NCBI RefSeq assembly: GCF_009914755.1
Contig: NC_060934.1
Length of the DNA stretch: 64,000 nucleotides
Reading direction: 5' to 3' (one strand)
Source of the DNA: the human T2T-CHM13v2.0 reference genome, Homo sapiens
Shown in pieces: positions 24,928-37,497 of this stretch. The notes below the pieces were generated by a model that searched no databases, had not been told where the DNA came from, and worked only from the letters and a program-made list of their open reading frames with translations. Each line of letters starts with the position of its first letter. The first letter of the stretch is position 1. The translations under genes and the position numbers were made by a program.

Positions 24928-26437
24928 CTAGAACAAATGTAGCAAAATAAAACAAATAAACAAATTAAAAATTTATACTGCCTCTTATTTGCCCATAAAT
25001 ATCTGAAGCATAAAGTGTCCAATTTGTATTTAACTGAAATAATGTATTGTGCCCGAGCACTTCACCCATAGAGATCAAATGCTGAATGTAAAAATGAGTG
25101 TTAGAAGACTGTCAGTACTGAGCTTATATTGTGCTTTGACATTAAAACAACAACAATATAGATTTAACACAGCTGGAGATAACTATTTAGCCCTAAGAGT
25201 CATTCTCAGGTTTTGCTAAAGTTCCTAGATAAAATGACCACTTCTTAGAATTTCAGCATGAAACCTCAAACCCTAAAACTATAAACTTGACGATAATAAC
25301 TTTATAAGGAAAATAATTATAGTTTATCAAATGAGTAGATTTATGAATAATCAAAGGGAAAGAACATCTTTGCTCCCAAATAATCAAGAAAAATTACAAT
25401 TTAAACCATTTAAGTATGTAAGTGTCCTGTTATTTGACTCTTCATGATAGAAGGTAGGTTCAAAGTTTCACAGTATGAACAGTCTCTTTAAAATGTATAA
25501 AAAGCTGTATTTGTACTCTGCTCTCAAGGTTACATAATCTGTGAACATTACTATACCAAAAACTTGAGAACACGATTGTGTGTGTGTGACTGAGAAAAAA
25601 AAAGTTTAATACTAAACAAACAGAATAGACTTATGAAACCCAACACGTTCACACCACTCAATTCCACTCTCATATGAAGACAGAAACTTTAACTTAAAAA
25701 TGACGAATCTTAGCAATACAATTTGCTGCATTTTCCTTTTTCTTACAGACTGCCTATAATTGGGGAATTCCAAGTGGCTGTTTGTGGCAGTCAGGCCAAA
25801 AATTCTTTCCTAATCAGCCAGCAGCCCCTGCTTCAACCACCACCCTGGCCCTGTGGAATTTATTCTTATCACTAGGAGGGAAGTGGAAAATAGGTACTCT
25901 TTTGTATCCATGGACAGAGAAACTAGTATTTTTGTCCTATGATGGGAGGGATGAGTTAGATGTGCTAATGTGGCAATGTTGAGCCAGTAAAGTAGGAAGG
26001 ATGGTTTGGGAACAGCAGAGAAGAATAAAAGAAAAGGAACAAAGAAAGAGGGAAAGATAAAATCACAGTTCCAGAGTGGACGAGGATTTTAGAGGTGAGC
26101 TGTGCAAGTCCTTCAATTTATACATAAGGAACCAGAGAAATACACAGGATCTGTGCCTGGTCTCATCTCAGGCAACTAAATAGTACAGAGCTAGAATTAG
26201 GACTTAAGTTTTCTGACTTCTATCTACTCTGATGGATTTCCATCACATCACATGGTGCCTCGTGTGGTGAAGAGATTAGATATTAACCTTTCTTTCAGAA
26301 AAAGTGTGTATTTAAATTAAGGTAGAAGTAAAAAAAAAAAACAAACAAACAAAGGATAAGATCAAAGAATAAATGAATGCTAAACTCATGAAATGTTTTG
26401 TAATAGTAAAAATATATTGAATGCATAAATAAGTGTC

Positions 26438-27025
26438 ATCACTTTGGACAACAGTTTGACACTTCCTCAGAAAGTTAAAAATAGAATTACTGTATGACCA
26501 GTAATTTCACTCCTGGGTATATACAAAGAGAAATAAAAACATGTACACAAAAAATTTGTACATCAATGTTTACAGCAGCCCTAGTCATAACAGCTAAAGT
26601 AGAAACAACCCAACTGATGAACAGATAAAATTGGTTTAACATACAAAAGAATATTATTTGCTCATAAAAAGGAATGAAATACTAACACATGTAAAAAACA
26701 GAGATGAACAATGAAAACACCATGCTAAGTGAAAGGAGCCAGAAACGAAAGGCTATATACTACATGATTCCATTGGTATGAAATGTACAAAAGAGGTAAA
26801 TCCACAGAGGCAGAAACAAGAGTAGTGGTTTCCAGGGGCTGAGTGGGAGGAGCATGGGACTGCTAATGGGTTTAGAGCTCCTTTTGTGGGTAAGGAAAAC
26901 ATTTTGGAATTAGATTGGGGTAATGGTTGCATTGCATCGTGAATATATTAAAAAGCCCTGAATTGTATGCTTTAAAATGGTGAATCTCCTGGTATGTGAG
27001 TTATAAATCTATCTTTTTTAAAAAA
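26438..27025 (+). mobile_element. L1MB-like 3' end
   Basis: cactttgga.aacagtttg...atagaattac..tatgacc...ctaagtgaaaggagccaga...tttaaaatggtgaat. Confidence 0.85.
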
Positions 27026-27369
27026 GTAGAGTCAAAAGTAGCCATAGCCACCTTATTCTTTGTTGGGTTTGTACGTGTGTGTTGAGAGGGAGAGTGCAGG
27101 AGGGAGAAAGAGATTATTTCATCACCTTAATTGTATTAATGCATGTATAATCAAAATGATATTGCAAAATGTTAATTTCATCTTTAAAGGGAAATCTGCT
27201 ACACTTATCAAAGCACGGGGAAATGTTCAGACTTACAAAATTAACACAAGCTCAATGACTTCCTTAATGCCATTCCTCCAAGCATCTCATAGAAAGTAAA
27301 TGTAAAATATACACAGAATTTGAGAAGTTAGAGAGAGATGAACACTGTAGCGTAATATAGTTTTTCAAA

Positions 27370-27805
27370 AAATGCTGTCTTGACTCACTTTTGAGGCCCT
27401 GGCTAGAGGCCAGTCATTCCCTTGCAAAAGATAGCTAATTAAGTTCTTATTCCAGCCACTACCATTATAGGTCTCCCACACTCCAGGGATCACCCTAATC
27501 ACCCTGGAGTCAGGTACCAGACAGACTACTAGGGATAACCCAAGAGCCCCCCAGAGTTATCCAAATTAGCCAATCCACAGGGGAGCTCAGGCAATCTAGC
27601 TGACCCCATCCTACTTCAGGTACATCAGCTGCTCCTAATGGCTCCAGCTTGCTGTACCCCAGTCCCCAGATGCAATCCTGCATGTGGCCCTGCCTGGCTT
27701 CCCTCCCTCATTTGCAGTTGGAAGGAACAGAGTTTTGCCTTTCACCTATCCAAGTGTTAGTGTGTTTTGTTGTGCCATTAGCAGAAGCCTTAAATCTCAT
27801 TTAAA
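27370..27805 (+). mobile_element. ERVL-type LTR (MER54/MER74/MER88-like)
   Basis: ccctaatcaccc...caggtaccagaca.ctaggga...attagccaatcc motif set. Confidence 0.55.
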
Positions 27806-27974
27806 ACCATAGTTAACTGCTAAAACACTACAGCAATATGTAAACAGAAGAATACACAGCAGCGATTGACTTCCCACTAAGATCTTGAGGGGAAAAACGT
27901 TCTTCTGTTCTACCTAAAAATTAAAGCAAAGTAAAGCCTACATCTAGAAAACCAAACAATTCTGGTGAATACGT

Positions 27975-28335
27975 CCATTCATTCATTCAACAAATATTTC
28001 TGAGCACCTGGCACTTAATATGTACCTAGCAATGTCCCAGTTTCCAGAGTCTATATTCCATTAGGGAAGACAATAGAAAAGCAAATTCAAGATTTAAAAA
28101 GAAAAGTAAACAAAAAGTGTCATTAATTATTCCTATTAAATATTGTGGAAAAGAATATCTGAGGGAGTGGTCAAGAAAAAAGTCTCTGAGGTACGATCTG
28201 CAGTCCAGCCTGAAGGGGACAGTGAGCCATCCATCTCAAGAGCTGGACAACTCCAGGCAGAGAGGACAGCAAGCACTGGAGAGGGCTCGGCGTGTCTGGG
28301 AAAGTGAGAGGACCAGTGTGGCTGGAGCACAGCAG
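27975..28335 (-). mobile_element. L2 fragment
   Basis: cattcattcattcaacaaatatt..tgagcacc and gaccagtgtggctggagca. Confidence 0.65.
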
Positions 28336-28834
28336 TAGAGAAAGCAACGCAACTGCAAAGACCACCAGGGTCTTAAGGGATACACAGGAAATATTTCCAA
28401 ATATAAAATCTCCACCCCCTAGCCTCATACAAGACGCAGGCATGCGTGCACATCCCACTTGCCCCACCCCCCGCCTCCATGCTTAACTTTCTTTAGGATC
28501 TACGAATGTGTGTGTATATGTGTTAGGGGGAAGGGGACACACTTTGATTCTCTAGTTGCCAGGCTGTTTCAGAATAGCTTTAGTTTACACAATTAAAGTC
28601 ACCGAAGATAAAAGTCACTGAAAATACTGTTTAACCATATGATCACTACTAAAGGAGTAAGGGCAGGACAAATCCAATTTGATTATCATATGCATATCAC
28701 CCAGTGTTCAAGTGAAACATGAAAAAGGAACGCTGTCTGACGAAAAAGAGGATCAACCATGATTATCGTTATTACATATAATTATCACCATCTGAACCCC
28801 TGCTATGGAACCCTGTTCTAAAATAGAAAAGGAA

Positions 28835-28968
28835 GGTCAGGTGCCTTAGGCTCATGCCTGTAATCCCAGCACTTAGGGATGGAAGCCAAGGTAGGAGAAT
28901 AACTTGAGGTCAAGAGTTTGAGACCAGCCTGGGCAACATAGCAAGACCCTGTCTCTATTTAAAAAAAT
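28835..28968 (+). mobile_element. Alu left monomer (FLAM-like)
   Basis: ggctcatgcctgtaatcccagcac...gagaccagcctgggcaacatagcaagaccc. Confidence 0.85.
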
Positions 28969-29667
28969 TTTTTTAATGAAAAAGAAAACTAGATCTACTT
29001 CTTTCTCCCAAATCATGACATCTTACGAAGTGCAAGTCAATAATGGTTTAAATTCCATTTAAAACTATTTACAATACCCATTTCAGGTTGTTTCAGATTG
29101 TGTAGGAGGAGAATGAAATAAACAGCAATAAATGAGAGTTCCATGGCAGTTCCTAACCCTAGTGCATGTGTCAAAGAGTTTAATGTTGTAAAATGCTTGA
29201 AATTTTTTTCAGTGTGAAATCATTTTTCAGATGGAATAGATAAAAGTCAGAATTTCAGGCATCTGGCAATTCTTTCTCTTTGCCTAATAAAGTATTACCA
29301 GTTGTTTTAGTGAAGCATATTCTTCGTTAGGTAATAAAGAAACAGTGCTTTCTTCATCCTCATTTTGCCAAAAATAAATTCATATTCAATAATAGATGTC
29401 TGTGGCTTTTTTGAATTATTTTGTACTGGGTTCTGCCCCTCCTCCGACAAAAATAACAACAGACCTAGCATAGGAAACTCAGCATAATCAGCTGGCTTAA
29501 CCACACTTAATAACCCTGCTGGTTTAGGGTGGGGGATAGGAAGGAAGAAGAGAGCGGTACTGAACCATAGTGCTGTGCTCAAATGTGCTGTCAGAGGAAC
29601 AAAACAGTATCCACAATAGTGGACATCTAAACAAAAAACATTCAAAGTACCTTAAAAATCAATTTAC

Positions 29668-29738
29668 CTTACAGTATCTTAAAGCTTCCATTAGTGTTAA
29701 AAATCCTACTGCTGCTTGTTCATGTATACCAAGAAGTT
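29668..29738 (-). CDS. MINDY3: MINDY3 coding exon 9 (71 nt): KLLGIHEQAAVGFLTLMEALRYCK
   Basis: ttttgcag|AACTTC...TGTAAG|gtaaat. Confidence 0.96.
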
Positions 29739-31261
29739 CTGCAAAAAACAACAACAACAACAAAAAACGAAAACTTAGCATTGTAGTAGTGTGTATAAAT
29801 TTGAAACGTACTTATATGTATATATATTTATACTACACCAAAACTTTTAACTTTTACCCAAAACTATACTTTAAAACTTAGCATGTAATCATTACAGTAC
29901 TGCTCATTATAAAATACCATTAGATCAGGTTTGTGGTGGGTAAATGTGATGCTTTAGATGTATATTAAATGTATTTATAAAACTTGATATTCAATGTTAA
30001 CTTTTTAAATGAGAGAATTTACTCCCTGAAATCCATGCCATTGTTGACAAAAATACAAGAAGAAAAAGAGACTCAATACCTATGTAAAAGGGCTAACTTG
30101 AATTGACTTTGATTTTGAAAAACAAATGGATATGCTAATCACTGGTAAAATTTATCATTAGGTAGCAGTGACTCCACTTGCCTAATACTTAAAACATGGA
30201 CATTTAATGCCATCCCTCTTTCCTATAAACACAGGCTGTGTGCTTCAGACTGGGGAAATAAAGAAGAATAGAAAATGATCTCTGCCTTAGAAAGGCTATG
30301 ACTTTACCAAAGACGACAGATGAAAAAAACATATGTGGTCTCTCTGTACACACACACACACGGAGTGGTATGAGAGTATCTGCCTACAGTGTTAGGGAAG
30401 GCTTATAAAAGTGATAACAGGGAGTTGAATCTTGAAGCGTATTACAGTTCTCCAGGCCAAAAAGAGGATGACAAGAAAATTCAAAGCAGAAGAAACAACA
30501 AACAGGTATGAAAAATCGATGCATTTAAGGAATGAAGAATTTGGCAAAGTTTCCTTAAATGTTTCTGGTCTGGGGGGACATGATAAATAGTGATTAACAC
30601 AAAGAATTAAGAAGTAAGTTCTGGACTCGTGTGAAGAGGTAACATGAGTTTGGTTTTAGCTAAGCTGGGATTGAGGTACCTTTACGTGCTCTAGCTAGAG
30701 AGGGATAAATAGCCGGAAGTAAGGCTCAGGAATACAGGAGAGAAACGTCAGGGTTGGAGATAAAGATTTGGGAATCATCAGCATAGAGATGAGAGTTAAA
30801 GTTATGGAAGTGGGTAAGTCAGAACAGACACAACGCAGGGAATAAAAATGTGATAATAATAAAGTCTTTTCATAAACGATACCCTTCAGCTAACATACAT
30901 TAATATAATAATATATTTGGGTCCATAATATATCTAAAAAGCATTTCTTTCTGGGTAAAAATTATGTTCACTGTAAACATAATGCATATATAATTTTGCA
31001 TCCTTTTTACCATCTGGTCATGTTTTGTCCATTTTTCCATTAGGATATATTTTCTTATCAATGAATGTAGTAAGAATATTAACTCTGTTATTTTTGTGGC
31101 CAACATTTTACTGTGTAGCCTTAACTACAACATCTAGATGGTGTAAGGCAAGAGCTGACAGTTTAACTTTCTGGATTGGTAAATCCAAAATTAATAGAAG
31201 GTGCATATACATACAGTTTATACTTTGTCACTAGCTTCTTACAGGCACAGATCAGGTAGAG

Positions 31262-32535
31262 CAATGGTTCTTCAATTGTGGTTTAGGATTCCTCAGGGAC
31301 CACAAGACCCTCTTAGAGACTACGTGAGATCAACATGATTTTCATAATATGATGTTAATTACCTTTTTACACTTACTCTCTCATAAGCACAGAGTTTTAC
31401 AGAGGTTGATCTGTTATATTGTATCAGACTAAATTTATAAGCATATATGAAGATCCGGCTGTCTACTAATAAGCCAAGCATTAAAGGGATTTGCAAAAAT
31501 TTAAAACAACGTCACTCTCCTTAATTTTTGTTAAGTTTATTAAAAATGTTATTTATGTTAATATTAATGAGTATATTTTGTTTTTTTCTAAATTATGTTT
31601 TATTTCTACAAATTTAGGAGGTAAAAGTGAAATTTCTTTAAACACATATACTACATAATGATCAAGCCAGGGTATGAAGAGTATCCACTGCTCAAGTACA
31701 ATGCAATTTTCTTAAGCATAGTGATCTTACTCTGCTATCAAATATTGAATTTACTCCATGTTACAGTATGTTTGTACTCTAACCCACTCCCCTCATGCTT
31801 CTCCCACCGCCTGCCACTGACCCTTCCCAGTCTCTGTTATCTATCATTCCACTCTCTACCTCCATGTGATCAAATTTGTTTAGATCCCACATATAAGTAA
31901 GAGCGTGTGATTTTGTCTTTTTCTTCCTGGCTTATTTCACTTAAGATTATGACCTCCAGTTCCATTCACGTATACTGCAAATAACAGGATTTCATTCTTT
32001 GTTATTGTTTATAGAATTCCAGTTTCTTTATCCATTGACCTGTTGATGGACACTTAGGTTGATTCCCTAGCTTTGCTACTGTGAATGGTGCTGCAATTAG
32101 CATGCACGTGCAGGTATCCCTTTGATATACTGATTTCTTTGTCTTTGGGTAGATACTGAGTAGTGGGATTGCTGGATCTGGTAATCCTATTTTTAGTTTT
32201 TTGAGAAATCTCCATACTGTTTTCCATAGTGGCTGTACAAGTTTATATTCCCACCAACAGCATATAGGAGTTCTCTTTTCTCTATCTTCGCCACACTTTT
32301 GTTGTTTTTTAACAGCCATTCTGACTGGGGTAAGATGACATCTCATTGTGGTTTTGATTTGTAGTTCTCTCATGATCAGTGATGTTGAACATTTTTTCAT
32401 ATACCTGTTATTTTAAAGTGAATTAATACGTATTTAAAAATTTCTCAATCTTTAACATGAAAAACATTGATTATTTGCTTTGGGATCATCCGTAAGAGTG
32501 TAAAGGGCATGAGATTAAAAGGTTTTAGAATCTTC
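31262..32535 (+). mobile_element. Charlie4a/MER80-like hAT element interrupted by an L1
   Basis: caatggttcttcaattgtggt...gacattaaagggatttgcaaaaat-like motifs; resumes after the L1 at ~32410. Confidence 0.55.
31585..32410 (-). mobile_element. L1MA-like 3' fragment
   Basis: ORF 32002..32400(-) [29 protein letters not shown]...[24 protein letters not shown] is the L1 ORF2p C-terminus. Confidence 0.92.
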
Positions 32536-33107
32536 AGGTTAAAGCAAAACAAGGGAGAGGAGAAGAACAGCCCAAATAGGTATAAATGGATACTTCATAT
32601 CTTCGCAAACTTTTCTCTCCCTTTCCTTCTTAAATGTAAGCAACACTAAATGTTTTCATGTAAAAAAGAATACATACATTGGGAAACAGTTTCACAATTT
32701 AATTTCTAAAATCAGTTACCACCACCTAGTGTTACAATTAGATACTACATCATCTATTTCCCTGGACTTTTAAACAAATGTCTAATAATAATATCATGTT
32801 ACTAAATACAGCAAACTAGTTGTTCATAATTCTTGGGTAATGAACTATTTAGATTTGATCAGTAAACACATGCTTAGACATCTAGTCTGGATGGTAATTA
32901 TTTTAAAAATGTATTATGCCTGTTTTCTTAAACAGAATATATACTTAACATTTTTACCTTCTTATGATAGTTTCAAGAGCATCACACTAGGAAAATTTAC
33001 TTTTATGCCAAGTTGTAATACAGTGAGGATTTAATATTCTCACATGTTACGATTTATAGAATTTATTTGTAGGAGACTTTCTCAATAAGCCTTGAAAGTG
33101 TCTATTT

Positions 33108-33320
33108 TCAAGTATTCCTAATCTGAAAATCTGAAATCCGAAATGTTCCAAGATCTGAAGCATTCTGAGAGCCAACATGACTCTCAAAGGAAATGTTCAT
33201 TACAGCATTTTGGATTTCAGATTTTCAGATTAGGGATGCTAAACTGGTGAGGAAAAATGCAAATATTTCCAAATCTGAAAAAAATCGAAATCTTAAATGC
33301 TTCTGGTCCCAAGCATGTAC
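33108..33320 (+). mobile_element. Tigger4 (Zombi) MITE fragment
   Basis: cctaatctgaaaatctgaaatccgaaatg...cattttggatttcagattttcagattaggg internal palindrome. Confidence 0.75.
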
Positions 33321-33394
33321 TCTACATTTGCAAAAAAATTCAAATTACTTTGTGATTATATTCTTGTTTTCTTTGCCAGAATTAATTTACTATC

Positions 33395-33522
33395 TTTTAT
33401 TATCAGAGACGGTGTCTTGCCTTCTTGCCCAGGTTGGTTTCAAACTCCTGGCCTTAAGTGATCCTCCCGCTTTGGCCTCCCAAACTGCTGAGATTAAAAG
33501 GCACAAGCCAATACACCCAGCC
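33395..33522 (-). mobile_element. Alu monomer (FLAM-like)
   Basis: gagacggtgtcttgc...caaactcctggccttaagtgatcctcccgc. Confidence 0.8.
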
Positions 33523-34984
33523 TAACTGATTATCTTATATAAAAGAGAATGAAACAAACCATCAAAACTCATTCAGTTTCTGACTGCATTTTTAGGAGTT
33601 CCACATATTAAGTGGAATATAACCAGACAAGCACCAGAGAAACATGACTATTTTTTGGCCTAACTATAATATCCGTTTCTGTTTATTTTATAATTGACAA
33701 ATTAAAGTTGTATATATTTACCGTGTACAACATGTTTTGAAATATGTATACACTGTAGAATGGCTAAACTGAGCTAATTAACATATGCATTATTCTGTGT
33801 ATGAGTCCATCATCTTTCAATTAGCTATGCATTTGACTGGCTGTAATACTGATTTCTTTTTATAAAAACAAAACAAAAACCCACAAAAAACCAAGAAACT
33901 TCTGGGTTTCTGAATTACAAGAGTTGACTCTTCTATCCCTATCCCATAAAGAAAATTATAAAATAAAAATAATCATCAAATAAGCATACAAAAATAAATA
34001 AACAATATGGACAAAAATAATGTACAAATACTGAAGAATTCCTTTAAGATAAAAAAGAGACCATGACAAAATTAATCTACAGAAAATCAAAATCAAAGAA
34101 AACTTTAGCTCAACATACATGGAATAGTACGAAATGAAGATGGATGGCAGGTAGAGAGGAGAAAGACCACAAAAGGATCTGAGAACCTTAGAAGGAGTTT
34201 GGATTTTATTTTAAGTGCGTAGGGAAGCCAGCCATCGAATGGTTTTAAGGGAGAGAGAAACATGATCTCACTGAGTTTGAAAAATATCACACTAGCCCCT
34301 GTGAAAGAGTGGGCAAGAATGCATTTAATTTGATTAGTTCTACTGCAGCTTATTTCTGTTCTATTGGAGAAGCAAAAGATGGTTTCAAAAACTGGGGTAG
34401 AATCAAGTATATGGATTCAGGACCATATAATCTATATAAAACACTGAATATTTTTCACTAAAGAATGTACAAAACAATCTAGTTGGGAAGATAATATGTA
34501 AAGATATAATTTCCTCAAAATAACCTACAAATATAATGTAACCAATCCAAATCTTCAAAGATTTCTTAAAACTGGAACTTGAAGAGCTGGGAGGAAAGTT
34601 CAACTGGAATAGATAATGTAGAAAAGACTATGACAATTTTGTAAAAGTATAACATCAGGAAACATGCTAATGAATATCAAAGTATATTATAAAACTATGT
34701 AATTGTGAAGTTTTGCATAAGAAGTCACAAAAAGATCAGTGGAATAGAATAAAAACATGTAAATATGGAAAAATGTGTTCAACAAAAAACGTATTTCCTA
34801 TCTGTGGAGAACTGACTGGAATTAGGACATTAGATAATTCTTTGAGAAAAAGTCAAAAGGCAGATCCCAAACTCATACCATTCATAAATACAAAATCCAG
34901 ATAGACTAAAGAGCCAAACATTAAAAAACAAAAAGCCCACAAAAGCATTTTTGGAAAATACTAGAGAATATTATCTTGGGGTGG

Positions 34985-35145
34985 AGCCGGGCATGATGGT
35001 GCACGTCTGTAGTCTCAGCTACTTGAGAGACTGAGGCAAGAGGACCACTGGAGCCCATTTAGAGGCTGCAGTGAGCTATGACTGCACTACTGCACTATGG
35101 CCTGGGTGACAGAGCGAGACCCCGTCTCTAAAAAATGAAAATAAA
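34985..35145 (+). mobile_element. Alu right monomer (FRAM/AluJ-like)
   Basis: gaggctgcagtgagctatga...cctgggtgacagagcgagaccc. Confidence 0.8.
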
Positions 35146-35271
35146 AAATCTGGGGGTGGGAGACACATAAAATTGATATAACAGGAGTAAAAAAAAAAAA
35201 AAAAAAAAAAGCCCAAATAGAAGCCATCTAAAAAAAAGACCAAATGATTTAACCTCATAAATATGAAAGCC

Positions 35272-35556
35272 AGCCAGGCGCGGTAGCTCACGCCTGTAAT
35301 CTCAGCACTTTGGAAGGCCGAGGTTGACGGATCACCTGAGGTTGGGAGTTCGAGACCAGCCTGGCTAACATGGTAAAATCCCGTCTCTACTAAAGATACA
35401 AAATTAGCTGGGCATGGTGGCATATACCTATAATCCCAGCTACTCGGGAGGCTGAGGCAGGAGAATTGCTTGAACCCGGGTTAGGCAGAGGTTGCAGTGA
35501 GCCAGGATCGTGCCACTGCACTCCAGCCTGGGTGACAGAGTGAGACTCCGTCTCAA

Positions 35557-35587
<31 letters not shown>

Positions 35588-35589
35588 AA
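35272..35589 (+). mobile_element. Alu (AluSx/Sq-like) with (TAAA)n tail
   Basis: Full Alu; tail 35555-35589. Confidence 0.95.
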
Positions 35590-36041
35590 GCCTTGGATAT
35601 AAAAAAATATATCATTAACAAAGTTAACAAGAAAGAGAAGGCTGGGTGACAATATTTGCAACACAGGTCAAACAGAGGAAGAACTAAGAGAATTTATAAA
35701 GAGCTCCTAGAAACTGAACAAAAGAAAATAACTCCTCCTCCCCAAAAGCCAAAAAGATGGGAAGAGGTAATTCACAGAAGAAGAATACTCAAAACTCACA
35801 AACACGTGAAGAGATGATCAAGCTCAGGCTCAATGAGCACCAGAGAAATGTGAATTAAAACAGCCTATCACTTGTCAACAAACTGACAAAATGTTAAAGA
35901 TGGACAATTCTAAGTGTCAGGCAGGATGCAGAAAAATACGAACTCTCCTACACACTTCAAAGAATAAGTTTATACTTTTACCAGTTGATAAAGCAAATTT
36001 TAGAAGGACATTTGGCATTATCTATCAAAATTTAACAGATG

Positions 36042-36604
36042 TTCCTCAAGAAGTTAAACCTTATGAGTTACCGTATGACCCAGGATTTCAACTCCTTGGT
36101 CTATGGCAAAGAAACACTAAAATATACATCTCATAAAAACTTGTACATGAATGTACCTCACAGCATTACTCATAATGGCCAAGTGGAAACACTCCACATG
36201 TTGGCGAACAAATGAATGTGGTATATTTGTGCAATGGTATGTTATTCATCAATAAAGAGGAGTGAAGTACTGGTACATGCTAAAACATGGTCACCTTGAA
36301 AATATTATACTAAGTGAAATCAATCAGTCACCAAAGACCGGATAGCGTATGAGTCTATTTCTATGAAACATCTCAAACAGGTAAATCTATAGAGAGAAAG
36401 TAGATGAGCGGATGCTAGGGCTGGCGTGGAAGGAAGTATAAGGAGGACAGGCTTTCTTTTTAAGATGACAAAATTTTTTAAAATTGATTGTGGTGATGGC
36501 TAAACAACTCTGAGAAAATATTTAAAATACTGAATTGTCCATTTTAAATGGGTGACATGCATACGTGAGTATCTCAATAAAGCTATAAGTAAAAAAAAAA
36601 AAAA
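36042..36604 (+). mobile_element. 5'-truncated L1MB-like insertion with poly(A) and TSD
   Basis: Ends ctcaataaagct..A-run; TSD ttaacagatg at 36032-36041 and 36605-36614. Confidence 0.8.
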
Positions 36605-37328
36605 TTAACAGATGCCTAAAATTTTAATACACTTTCTACTTTTAGAAATCTAACCTGTAGGTATACTTATATAAGGAAAGACGTATATACAAAACATGTT
36701 TACTACAGCAGTTTCTTATAGCTAAAAATGGAAACAATCTAACTGTTTACCATAAGGAAACTCAAGGCAAAAAACAGACTAGGAAAAAAATACGTTTACT
36801 AACATGAGACATACATTCATTCAGCATTTACTGGACTTGTTTCCTGCTCTGACAACATAGTAGGAGGCAGGCAATATAGAAAGAAAAATTACAATTAAAT
36901 AGTTACTCGTTGAAAATCCTTAGGTAAGCTGCTTTACCTCTCTAGGCTTCAGTTTCCTTCTTCATAACATATGGAGTAATACTTGCCTTGAAGGGTTGTT
37001 GTAAAGATTAAGATCCTATTTCCAAAATGCCTACACTGGCCCACAGAAAAAATTCAGTTTCCCTCAAAAGCCTAGGCACCTCGTTTACAGAAGCAAGAAC
37101 ATGTACACAAAGAACTATGATGCGAGGTGTAATAGAATGAAGCCGACTGAGGTAAAGCACCATAGATGATCAGAGGGAGGAGAAAACTTTTCCTGCTGTC
37201 GGGGTTAAGTGGAGAGACATTAAATGGGAGTTAACATTTTAATGGGGCCAGATGGAATGAGCAGGATGACATTTTGGGGAAAGTACCATTGTTTTTAACG
37301 ACCGGGAGGCAGAGCCGTCTGAATAGAA

Positions 37329-37497
37329 CAGTGGTTCTTAACCCTGACTACACAATATCACTTGCTTAAAAATATATGAATGCCCAGATTCCAGCTGACA
37401 ACAATTCCATTACAATCTCTAGGTGGTGTGGCCTTGGCATATGATTTTAAATTTCTCCTAGTTAATCGTGATGTGCAGCCAAGTTTGAGAACCAGTG
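37329..37497 (+). mobile_element. MER5-like hAT MITE
   Basis: cagtggttctt...aagtttgagaaccagtg terminal inverted repeats. Confidence 0.75.

Larger units (their letters stand above)
34520..36780 (+). mobile_element. Old L1 (L1ME/L1MC-like) fragmented by nested Alu and L1MB insertions
   Basis: gatcagtggaatagaata, catacc..cataaatacaaaatccagatagactaaaga, gtgaagagatg.tca motifs. Confidence 0.65.

Noticed and set aside
32002-32400. 132-aa ORF, the longest in the track
   Set aside because: It is the L1 ORF2p C-terminal remnant in a truncated L1.
33118-33236. Strong hairpin that could be read as a pre-miRNA
   Set aside because: Explained by the internal palindrome of the Tigger4/Zombi MITE.
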